64,000 bases of DNA. Origin: Escherichia phage W115. The DNA lies in the sequence record ON286974. One strand, given 5' to 3'. Shown here one piece after another: positions 26,648-34,514 of this stretch. The notes below the pieces were generated by a model, which worked only from the letters and a program-made list of their open reading frames with translations, had not been told where the DNA came from and searched no databases. Position 1 is the stretch's first letter; each line of letters begins with the position of its first letter. Made by a program: the position numbers and the translations under genes.

Positions 26648-26968
26648 TTATTTATAAATTTCGACGATCTGCGCTGGAGTCAGCCCGTCTACATTAATCA
26701 GACTATCAAGCCCAAAACTACGGAAACCTTCAACTGCAATTTCATATACTGGCAAAGATGTTTCTGATTCTTTACGCGGTTTTTCAACATTCGGAACTAA
26801 CCACTTTTCGTATGTTTCAAACGGCATCAGTGCCGGATCTCGCGTGGCGATCATCTCACGGACAGTACCATCTTTCTTAGTAAACTGCAAAGAGTGAGTA
26901 CCGACCGAAAACATTTTCTTTAGTGCTTCACGAAGTGCGATATTATCAACTTGTTCAGTCATTATCAA
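26648..26968 (-). CDS. hypothetical protein (106 aa)
   Basis: Track ORF between cd and gene 31. Confidence 0.4.
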   Translation of the reverse strand: MIMTEQVDNIALREALKKMFSVGTHSLQFTKKDGTVREMIATRDPALMPFETYEKWLVPNVEKPRKESETSLPVYEIAVEGFRSFGLDSLINVDGLTPAQIVEIYK

Positions 26969-27461
26969 TACCCTTCAAATCAGTCAATAATGCTTTTGGA
27001 ATACGAGTAACCGTAATGTCGGCTTTATCCAAAATATCAGCCCAATCACGCCCACCATTTCGATCATATGTGTCGCAATAGTATAGATGTTTAATACCAC
27101 TGTTTGCAATTGCTTTAGCGCAATCTGGACACGGTGAAGCAGTACACCACATACTAGCGCCTTCAATCGATACACCGCTACGGGCAGCAAACAAAATAGC
27201 ATTTAATTCAGCATGGATCTCGTTTTTCTGTGACCATGCACTATGTTCTGGTCGTTTTTCTGGGATCATTTTTCCGTCATCATCCAGCCAACCGCTTTTA
27301 TGTGCATGACAGCTACAATTTACTTGCCCTGCTGGAGTGCCATTAAATCCAGTAGAAATGATTCGCCCGTCTTTTTCGATCAGTGCGCCTACCTTCCACG
27401 AAACGCATTTAGAGTTCTTTGCGATTAGATAAGCGATCTGCATGTAAGTTTGTGACAACAT
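26955..27461 (-). CDS. cd: dCMP deaminase
   Basis: 168 aa; zinc-binding HAE ... PCPDC cytidine/deoxycytidylate deaminase signature. Confidence 0.8.
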   Translation of the reverse strand: MLSQTYMQIAYLIAKNSKCVSWKVGALIEKDGRIISTGFNGTPAGQVNCSCHAHKSGWLDDDGKMIPEKRPEHSAWSQKNEIHAELNAILFAARSGVSIEGASMWCTASPCPDCAKAIANSGIKHLYYCDTYDRNGGRDWADILDKADITVTRIPKALLTDLKGIDND

Positions 27462-27482
27462 AATATAATCCTCACATATTAA

Positions 27483-27686
27483 TTAACCGTATACGCGAAA
27501 GTATTCTACTGATCCGTCGCTATACTGTTTTACATTGAATGTATTCACGCCATGATCATTGCTCATAATGACATACACACTGCGACGCTCATCACTAAAC
27601 GGGTTAACTGGTGCTGGTTCAATTTCAACATTAAAACCACGTTTAGCAAGTGCTTCGCCTAATTGCTTGAGTTTATCGGTAAACAT
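27483..27686 (-). CDS. hypothetical small protein (67 aa)
   Basis: Track ORF downstream of pseT. Confidence 0.4.
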   Translation of the reverse strand: MFTDKLKQLGEALAKRGFNVEIEPAPVNPFSDERRSVYVIMSNDHGVNTFNVKQYSDGSVEYFRVYG

Positions 27687-28585
27687 TAAAAGTCTCCGTA
27701 GTTAACCTGAAAACATTCTACACCAATTGAGCGATACATGTCAACCACTTGATCACGGTCATCTACTGCCAAAACAACATGATATCGCGGTGCAATTTCA
27801 GAGAAGAAAATCTCTTTCTTTACTTCATGATCAGGACGACGATCATTAGTTTCACGTTGAAAGTGATCACTAGGTTCAATACCCTGTTCACGCAACCATT
27901 GCAGAGTATCTTCTTCGCAAACATCCTCACGACCTGAGCATGTAATGATACGATAGCCATTATCACGATACAGTTTAAGCATTTCGATCACTTGCGGACG
28001 TGGTTTATCTTCTTTGACCTTTGTCCAGTCAAACGGATGACGACCGCCCTTATCCGCTAATGTTCCATCAATATCAAAGATCACTGCCTTTGGCAGCATA
28101 GTATTCGGTTTGTATACTTCTTGACCCATATATTCCTGCATCAGATAAAATTGGTTGCGCAAATGAGAAAGTGGAATTGCTTTCTCGCCGCGATAGAAAT
28201 TACGTTTCTTTAGTGTCTCAAATGATTCATTGAACACTTGTTCAGTATACACCGCGTTAAATTCTTTTGCAAGTTCTTTGTAGAATACACGATGTTTTTC
28301 TTTCAGGTTGGTATCGGAGATAATGATACTCAATCCGCGTGATAGAGTCTCACGAGCAATCATTCTCTGAATAGACTCTACCAGCTTTTCTTTTTCCTTA
28401 GTATACTTGTATTTCAAATGTGAGTAAACACCAAACAACATAAGACGAAGATCATCACGATTCACATTACGATAATTACTAAACCGTTTACATGTTTCCA
28501 TCGCCCATGTAGTTTTACCGGACCCAGAACAACCAACGGTTAAAATCACTTCACATTTCGGCATTATTTCTCCTTCGGTTTGCAC
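27686..28585 (-). CDS. pseT: polynucleotide 5'-kinase / 3'-phosphatase
   Basis: 299 aa; Walker A GCSGSGKTT at N-terminus and HAD motif DIDGTLADK, as in T4 Pnk. Confidence 0.85.
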   Translation of the reverse strand: MQTEGEIMPKCEVILTVGCSGSGKTTWAMETCKRFSNYRNVNRDDLRLMLFGVYSHLKYKYTKEKEKLVESIQRMIARETLSRGLSIIISDTNLKEKHRVFYKELAKEFNAVYTEQVFNESFETLKKRNFYRGEKAIPLSHLRNQFYLMQEYMGQEVYKPNTMLPKAVIFDIDGTLADKGGRHPFDWTKVKEDKPRPQVIEMLKLYRDNGYRIITCSGREDVCEEDTLQWLREQGIEPSDHFQRETNDRRPDHEVKKEIFFSEIAPRYHVVLAVDDRDQVVDMYRSIGVECFQVNYGDF

Positions 28586-28896
28586 CGTTCCTCATTAAGT
28601 TCTTTTCGATAATAACACATGATCAACTTACTTTCAAGTGTATATCTCTTAATATCCGCAAGCCAGACTCTGAATTTTTGGGAGTCCTCCCACGACATAG
28701 AAACTCTAGGTTTACCGTCTATTGTATCAACTTTCAGGTCAATGTCAACTTTTTCTATTGGTGCTGGTAGTGGAGGATGTAATTTCGGTTCCTGTGAATA
28801 ATGGTCCATTGTACACGAAGAAAGCGCAAATACAATAGGCACAGCGAAGACATGGATTATGGCGGTCTGAAAATTCTTATGTGCTTTCTTAAACAT
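28564..28896 (-). CDS. o-spanin (outer-membrane lipoprotein, Rz1-like)
   Basis: Signal peptide MFKKAHKNFQTAIIHVFAVPIVFALSSC with lipobox, Pro-rich mature part; track ORF extends to 29016, start ambiguous. Confidence 0.5.
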   Translation of the reverse strand: MFKKAHKNFQTAIIHVFAVPIVFALSSCTMDHYSQEPKLHPPLPAPIEKVDIDLKVDTIDGKPRVSMSWEDSQKFRVWLADIKRYTLESKLIMCYYRKELNEERCKPKEK

Positions 28897-29012
28897 CCAG
28901 TGTATCACGAAAATTGAAAACACCATCAGGATAATAATGCTTGCACCTATCCACAGATAATCAACCAGATTAAAATTGCTTATCTGCTCTTGTGTAGACA
29001 ATATTTCTATGC

Positions 29013-29336
29013 TCATTTAGTAGCCTCCCTTAACTCTTCGGTAAACTCCTTAAATGAATCATTAAGCTGTTTCTCTACCAACTTGGGTTTTTGTGCTACT
29101 ACATAGCCTCGTGTAGCGTCTTTCATTGCTTTGTTTTGTTCTTCTGCAAACTTAGTTCTTATTCCGTACATCTCCTTTTGTAGTGAGTCTACGACCTTCA
29201 TCTTTTCATCGGTCTTTTTCTTATACTCTGTAAATTCCCGATTCAGTCGATCTACCTCCTTTTTATTTTCCCACCACATATTGCCACCTACCCCTAGCAA
29301 CACAGAGATGATAACAATGTATATCAGCTTTGACAT
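29013..29336 (-). CDS. i-spanin (inner-membrane, Rz-like)
   Basis: N-terminal TM helix MSKLIYIVIISVLLGV followed by Lys/Glu-rich coiled coil; adjacent to lipoprotein partner, position between rnlA and pseT as for T4 pseT.3/pseT.2. Confidence 0.55.
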   Translation of the reverse strand: MSKLIYIVIISVLLGVGGNMWWENKKEVDRLNREFTEYKKKTDEKMKVVDSLQKEMYGIRTKFAEEQNKAMKDATRGYVVAQKPKLVEKQLNDSFKEFTEELREATK

Positions 29337-29350
29337 ATTACCCCCAACGA

Positions 29351-29375
29351 CAAAAGGCGGGGAACTAGCCCCGCT
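29351..29375 (-). terminator. rho-independent terminator downstream of rnlA
   Basis: Hairpin gcgggg-aactag-ccccgc with U-run. Confidence 0.55.
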
Positions 29376-29380
29376 TATTA

Positions 29381-30550
29381 TTACCAATCAATCTTATCAG
29401 CCGGAATCAGTTTCTTATAATTCCGTAGATAGTAAGTTTTCATTGAATCCAGAATACGGTCATAATCAAGACCATCAAATGCAATCATCAGACACATGAA
29501 AATATATGCTTGTGCATCACCATGTTTACGTGATTCGATAGTCGCATTGGATGCATATGTCTTTCTGTCTTCTCCCGCGTGTGCGTTATAAAATTCTGTT
29601 GCTGTCGTGAAGGCATTGCGAAGAATAGACCTGAATGCCTCCTCGAATAGCTCGATTCGTTCCAGTGCTTCCGGTTCGCCTTCATATGCAGCACGCAAAT
29701 CATCGGTTTCGCTTTCTACGACATAGTAGATCAGATTATTAGGAAACATCGATGTGTTTTTAATGTTATGCACACCAATATACCATTCACTCTTCACTTT
29801 GAACATTTGACCGTCTTTAGTGCGTGCAACAATTCCTTCGATACCTTCTGCGGTCCGAACTTCATCAAGAATATTGCTAAAACGCGCTGAATCAACCTGT
29901 AACGCATTTACCAGATGAGGACGTAGGATTGCGTCAGCAAATAGCATTTGATGCGGTACGTACTCTCCTGTGACGTTATGGCGTACATTCAGAAGTGTTA
30001 GCGACGGTTCAGAATATTCTACAACAATTCGGTTGCTGGGTGCTGTATATTCAAAGTTGAAAGTATAATCAGACCCAATATCAGCAATCTTAGCGCGTAG
30101 ATCCGCATACTTCTCTGAATACAGAAGACCGTTTGCTCTCTCTGCCTGGCTTGAGTACAAGGCCGCTTTAGACTTCAACTGAACATAGCCGTTATCAATG
30201 TAGGTGCTTACTAGACTACCGTCCATTTTGTCCATGACCATTTCCACATCTTCCGGCTTAAAGCGAGCGCGATCATTCTCGCCTAAATTAAAAAACTTCT
30301 CCATAGGACGAGATGCAATGCGGACCGGACGACCTTTATCGTCAATTTCAAACATGATCCCGCGACACTCTAACGCATCTGGTTTATTCCACATTTCCGG
30401 TTTGCTCAAGTACAGATAACTAAAAATGCGCATACGGGTTTGCATCGCCGTAATTTCATCTTTGTAATAGAACGTATCAGATCCGTCACATAGTGCCATC
30501 AGATTTTTGAACAATGCTAAAACTTTTTTGTTGTTTTCTTTTGTTGACAT
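29381..30550 (-). CDS. rnlA: RNA ligase 1
   Basis: 389 aa; similarity to T4 Rnl1 (ALECRGIMFE, RPMEKFFNL, nucleotidyl-lysine motif KMDGSL). Confidence 0.85.
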   Translation of the reverse strand: MSTKENNKKVLALFKNLMALCDGSDTFYYKDEITAMQTRMRIFSYLYLSKPEMWNKPDALECRGIMFEIDDKGRPVRIASRPMEKFFNLGENDRARFKPEDVEMVMDKMDGSLVSTYIDNGYVQLKSKAALYSSQAERANGLLYSEKYADLRAKIADIGSDYTFNFEYTAPSNRIVVEYSEPSLTLLNVRHNVTGEYVPHQMLFADAILRPHLVNALQVDSARFSNILDEVRTAEGIEGIVARTKDGQMFKVKSEWYIGVHNIKNTSMFPNNLIYYVVESETDDLRAAYEGEPEALERIELFEEAFRSILRNAFTTATEFYNAHAGEDRKTYASNATIESRKHGDAQAYIFMCLMIAFDGLDYDRILDSMKTYYLRNYKKLIPADKIDW

Positions 30551-30947
30551 AATTTGTGTTCCATTCTGGTTTAAATTTGGTGATCAAAACAGGTTCTTCG
30601 ATATCGGCAGTGCTTATAATATCCTTACCCGTTGGATTCTCGATGTACAACTCAAAGCACTGTCGGTAATAGAATGTTACTGTCTTACCTTCCTCTAGCG
30701 CCTTATGAATATTCTTACTCTTGCGAGTATCCGCTGTTGGTGTTTGTCTGTTAATGCTAGTCCGGTAATAATTGATCCGCTTTCTGAGATTGACAGTCTG
30801 ACCAATGTATACCAGTTCATCATCAACAACAATAGCGTAAAGAACATTTAAACGGTTCTTCTGAGGCGGCAGAATCACATCACCATCTTTACACTCTAAA
30901 CATGAATATTTAACGAATCCATAGTTTTCTATTAGCTCATTAATCAT
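30486..30947 (-). CDS. denA: endonuclease II (GIY-YIG)
   Basis: 153 aa; VLYAIVVDDELVYIGQTVNLRKRINYYRT nearly identical in pattern to T4 EndoII GIY-YIG core. Confidence 0.8.
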   Translation of the reverse strand: MINELIENYGFVKYSCLECKDGDVILPPQKNRLNVLYAIVVDDELVYIGQTVNLRKRINYYRTSINRQTPTADTRKSKNIHKALEEGKTVTFYYRQCFELYIENPTGKDIISTADIEEPVLITKFKPEWNTNYVNKRKQQKSFSIVQKSDGTM

Positions 30948-30967
30948 TATCCTTTCCTCACGTCACA

Positions 30968-30991
30968 ACAAAGGCGGGATTTCTCCCGCCC
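30968..30991 (-). terminator. rho-independent terminator
   Basis: Hairpin ggcggga-tttc-tcccgcc with U-run. Confidence 0.55.
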
Positions 30992-30997
30992 ACCTTA

Positions 30998-31396
30998 TTA
31001 ACTTTCCAGAATATCGCGAGCTTCGTTACGCTCCTTGATGATTTTCAGGACAAATTCCAGTTTTTCTTTGTTCAGTGTTCCGTTTTCCATTGCTTCTTTG
31101 ACGGTAAACACTCCGCCACCTTGCCCGTATACAGTGACAGTGATTTCACCTAACATCGTGGTATGAAAACCGCCAATTTTCGGTGATTCGAAAGAAACAA
31201 TTACCTCGCGAACAGTATTACCGTCGTTGATTTCTGAGAGGGTAATGTCGTTTTTGTAGGCGGTTGCTTTAACCATACGGATCAGCATAGTCTGATCTGG
31301 GGAGATGGTCATTTTGTCCATTGCATGTTGCAATGCAGCGTAACCGAAAACTTTAACGAAGTCCAGAACATCTTTGCGAGTTTGAAATTTAATCAT
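30998..31396 (-). CDS. hypothetical protein (132 aa)
   Basis: Track ORF with GGAG RBS and upstream PeSL promoter. Confidence 0.5.
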   Translation of the reverse strand: MIKFQTRKDVLDFVKVFGYAALQHAMDKMTISPDQTMLIRMVKATAYKNDITLSEINDGNTVREVIVSFESPKIGGFHTTMLGEITVTVYGQGGGVFTVKEAMENGTLNKEKLEFVLKIIKERNEARDILES

Positions 31397-31466
31397 CTTG
31401 GTACTCCTTAGTTGTTTTGGTGTGGGAGTATCTTACTACTCCCGTGATATGCTGTCAACTGCTTTT

Positions 31467-31616
31467 TTATGCAACCGCAAACATCAACATTTGAACATTC
31501 TTGGCTGTCTGGCTTTCAAAGTTCTGACATTCTTTGATAATGTCCTCTACTTTCTCGCCGGAGATCTCCGCGTAAGTTTCGATTGCCATTTTCAGTACCG
31601 CGTCAAAGTTGTTCAT
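31467..31616 (-). CDS. hypothetical small protein (49 aa)
   Basis: Unlisted ORF MNNFDAVLKMAIETYAEISGEKVEDIIKECQNF... behind a PeSL promoter. Confidence 0.35.
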   Translation of the reverse strand: MNNFDAVLKMAIETYAEISGEKVEDIIKECQNFESQTAKNVQMLMFAVA

Positions 31617-31683
31617 TTGATTCTCCTTAAAGTGTATTTCGTTTCGATGGGGGTATATTACTACCCCCGTTTCATGCTGTCAA

Positions 31684-31902
31684 CTACTTTTTAATGACAA
31701 GTTCGAATTTTGCTACCTTGCGTCCTCGTTTATTGAAAGCAACCCACGGACGGTTTTCAATGTAGAACAATTCTTCACCAATAATGAATACTGGCTGATT
31801 GTAAAGGCGACCCATCAGGTCACGCTGGCGAATGGTAGTAGATTCGTATACTTCGCCTACTACAAAGTGTTTGCTGATAGAGTCGGTGCAAGTAAATTTC
31901 AT
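31684..31902 (-). CDS. hypothetical protein (72 aa)
   Basis: Track ORF with GGAGAA RBS and PeSL promoter. Confidence 0.45.
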   Translation of the reverse strand: MKFTCTDSISKHFVVGEVYESTTIRQRDLMGRLYNQPVFIIGEELFYIENRPWVAFNKRGRKVAKFELVIKK

Positions 31903-31970
31903 TTTGATTCTCCTTTGTTTTCTTGATGGGAGTATCTTACTACCCCCCGTTATTCAGTGTCAACTACTTT

Positions 31971-32189
31971 TTACTTGTTGTATTCATTCCACCACTGGGT
32001 GAGCTTATCAATTATTTTTGTGTTTCTATCCAACTTCTCCCACCGTTTTCTAGGGTTTATCAACCGGAATAGGTAAGGTGTACTTGTTAAGTGAACTCGG
32101 TCAATGTAGTGATTGATGTACTGCTTTTCGATTCTAAGTTTCATCTTTTTACGATGAAAATATGCAATGACTTGTTCTTCTGTTTCCAT
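31971..32189 (-). CDS. hypothetical basic protein (72 aa)
   Basis: Track ORF with GGAGGAA RBS and PeSL promoter. Confidence 0.45.
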   Translation of the reverse strand: METEEQVIAYFHRKKMKLRIEKQYINHYIDRVHLTSTPYLFRLINPRKRWEKLDRNTKIIDKLTQWWNEYNK

Positions 32190-32289
32190 ATGTTCCTCCG
32201 TTTCGATGGGTGCATTATGCTATACCCCGATCCGATTGTCAACACCCAATAACAAAAAAGTCGCCACTATGGGCGACTTTGAACAAACA

Positions 32290-32766
32290 TTAATCATGAC
32301 CGTGATTTGCAATATCCGCTCGCGTCTTATCTTTGTGATTTCCTACGTCAAAGACACGATAACCATTTTCACGCAAAACTTTAATCACTTCTGGGTTATC
32401 CTCAAAGACTCCGACAACTTCATCTTTATCAAAGGATTTAATTACCTCTAATTTTATGTGATAGTCTTTACGGGAATCGGTACGGCCTCTCATAAAGATT
32501 TTATCAAAACACACCCCGTTAGAAATTAACCAATCAATTGTTTCCATGTAAGCATGTGAACTTCGTCCGGTGAGGATGTAAATCAAATGCCCGTTGTCGG
32601 AAAGAGCATTAATAACACGAATTACATCGTAAATGGGGGAATCACCCCCACATGCCTTGTTATATTCGATCCATGACTCGACTTTATCAAGATTTTCAGT
32701 TGGCATCTTTGCTAGTCGATGCGTTGGATCTGTGATCGTAAAATCTAAATCGACAAAATATATCAT
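32290..32766 (-). CDS. HAD-family phosphatase (possible nucleotidase)
   Basis: 158 aa; motif I DLDFT, motif II TGR, C-terminal FEDN; start overlaps nrdB stop (ATGA). Confidence 0.5.
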   Translation of the reverse strand: MIYFVDLDFTITDPTHRLAKMPTENLDKVESWIEYNKACGGDSPIYDVIRVINALSDNGHLIYILTGRSSHAYMETIDWLISNGVCFDKIFMRGRTDSRKDYHIKLEVIKSFDKDEVVGVFEDNPEVIKVLRENGYRVFDVGNHKDKTRADIANHGHD

Positions 32767-33923
32767 AGATATTTCCCGAATCGGTTGTAGTCATCGTCTG
32801 TTAAATCGGTATTAACCTGAGATACCAGATACATAATCTCTACTTCCTGCGCTGCATTCTGTACTTCGTCAGAGTTCAACCATTTACGCATCCACGGTAA
32901 CGGATGACGACGAACACTAAACGGGCTTTTCAGTCCGGCAGCACGCATACGGGAATCTGCCAGGTATTCTACATAGGTTTTCAGAATTTCCGGTGACAGG
33001 TTAGGAATTGCCCCCATTGCGAATAGGTGGTCTACCCATTCTTTTTCTTGCTCGACAACATCCAGAAAGATTTTCGTTGCTTCGCCTTCAAGTTCTTCCG
33101 CAATCTGTTTCCACTCATCACCATCAACCCCCGTTTGCCATTGACGAATAATGTATTGTGTGCCTTTTAAGTGAAGTTGTTCATCACGCGCAATAAATTT
33201 CATGATCTTCGCGTTACCTTCCAGTAAACCACGTTCGGCAAAGCTGAAAGTACATGCAAAGGACACATAAAAACGAATTGCTTCCAGTGCATTGACGCAG
33301 TGTGCACACAGATAAATCGAAGCCATCAGATCTCGTTTTGTATCTTCAAAAAATCTTCTTGCATCATCTAATGCTGTCTGGTCGTCTCGTTCTTCCCAAT
33401 AACGGAGATCTTCTTTTGCATTCTCATACTTACGAATCCAATAAAGAACATCATCATAATATTTCCCGATAGATTCCGCTCGCTTCATGATAGCAGGGTT
33501 ATCGATGATCTGGTCGAACTCACTAGCCGGATCAATGAAACAGTTACGCATAATGTGTGTATAGCTTCGGCTATGAATTGTTTCGCTGAATGTCCATGTT
33601 TGCAACCATGTATCGAGAGTTGGATCAGATACAATTGGACCAAATGCTGCGGACGGTGCGCGACCTTGAATAGAATCAAGTAATGTCTGATACTTCAAGT
33701 TTTCTGTGAAGAAACGCTTTTCGACGTCACCCATATTAAGATATTGAATGCGGTCAGTTGCAAGCGAGATCTCTTCTGGACGCCAGAAAAATGACAATTG
33801 CTTTTCGATCAGTTCTTCAAATACTTGATGACGCTGAATATCATAGCGAGCGATACCCAACCCACTACCCAGAAACATTGGTTCGTTCATAATATCAACA
33901 TGTTCGCGGTTAAATACGCTCAT
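32763..33923 (-). CDS. nrdB: ribonucleotide reductase small subunit
   Basis: 386 aa; strong similarity to T4 NrdB (FFWRPEE, SETIHSRSYTHI, RDEQLHLKGTQYI); uninterrupted. Confidence 0.9.
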   Translation of the reverse strand: MSVFNREHVDIMNEPMFLGSGLGIARYDIQRHQVFEELIEKQLSFFWRPEEISLATDRIQYLNMGDVEKRFFTENLKYQTLLDSIQGRAPSAAFGPIVSDPTLDTWLQTWTFSETIHSRSYTHIMRNCFIDPASEFDQIIDNPAIMKRAESIGKYYDDVLYWIRKYENAKEDLRYWEERDDQTALDDARRFFEDTKRDLMASIYLCAHCVNALEAIRFYVSFACTFSFAERGLLEGNAKIMKFIARDEQLHLKGTQYIIRQWQTGVDGDEWKQIAEELEGEATKIFLDVVEQEKEWVDHLFAMGAIPNLSPEILKTYVEYLADSRMRAAGLKSPFSVRRHPLPWMRKWLNSDEVQNAAQEVEIMYLVSQVNTDLTDDDYNRFGKYL

Positions 33924-33938
33924 TAATTCACCTCACTA

Positions 33939-34106
33939 TCACTTTTTAACACAAAAGAACTTAGTATTTCTGTTTATTTCGCTATCCTGCTGCAATTCCT
34001 GCACAGCTTCAAAACAATTTTGATATGATGAAAACTCTACGCTGGTAACAGTTCCTTTATTATATACGCCTACGCTAACGGAAAGCAATAACCATAATGT
34101 AGCCAT
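33939..34106 (-). CDS. hypothetical small hydrophobic protein (55 aa), paralog 1
   Basis: Unlisted ORF MATLWLLLSVSVGVYNKG...; TAATG overlap with paralog 2. Confidence 0.4.
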   Translation of the reverse strand: MATLWLLLSVSVGVYNKGTVTSVEFSSYQNCFEAVQELQQDSEINRNTKFFCVKK

Positions 34107-34279
34107 TAGTTCACCTTTTGTTTTTCAACGCAATATAGATTCATAAAGCGTTTATTGTCTTCGCGGATAATCTCGCGAACTTTAACGCAATCCTGCTTTG
34201 TTGCAAACTCAATGCTTGACATATTTCCGTAATTATACATTGAATTGCTGATTGCAATCAATAACCATACAGTAGCCAT
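34106..34279 (-). CDS. hypothetical small hydrophobic protein (57 aa), paralog 2
   Basis: Unlisted ORF MATVWLLIAISNSMYNYG...; TAATG overlap with upstream gene. Confidence 0.4.
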   Translation of the reverse strand: MATVWLLIAISNSMYNYGNMSSIEFATKQDCVKVREIIREDNKRFMNLYCVEKQKVN

Positions 34280-34446
34280 TATCCTACAACCTCAAAACAT
34301 TTATCATCAGGAAGAATCGCCCATTCTACACCGTATTCATCCTCGACGTAGTAGCAAGTCCCATCATGTCGAGCATCATATTCATCACCAACAACAAAGC
34401 TATCAGCTAGCTCAAAATCTACAGCAACACATTTTAATTTGGTCAT
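34279..34446 (-). CDS. hypothetical small protein (55 aa)
   Basis: True start MTKLKCVAVDF... after RBS; the track ORF N-terminus is promoter sequence. Confidence 0.4.
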   Translation of the reverse strand: MTKLKCVAVDFELADSFVVGDEYDARHDGTCYYVEDEYGVEWAILPDDKCFEVVG

Positions 34447-34514
34447 AATAAAATACTCACTTGTTTTTGATGGTTGTATTATAGCGGGGATTTCTCCCCG
34501 CGTCAACACTTATT

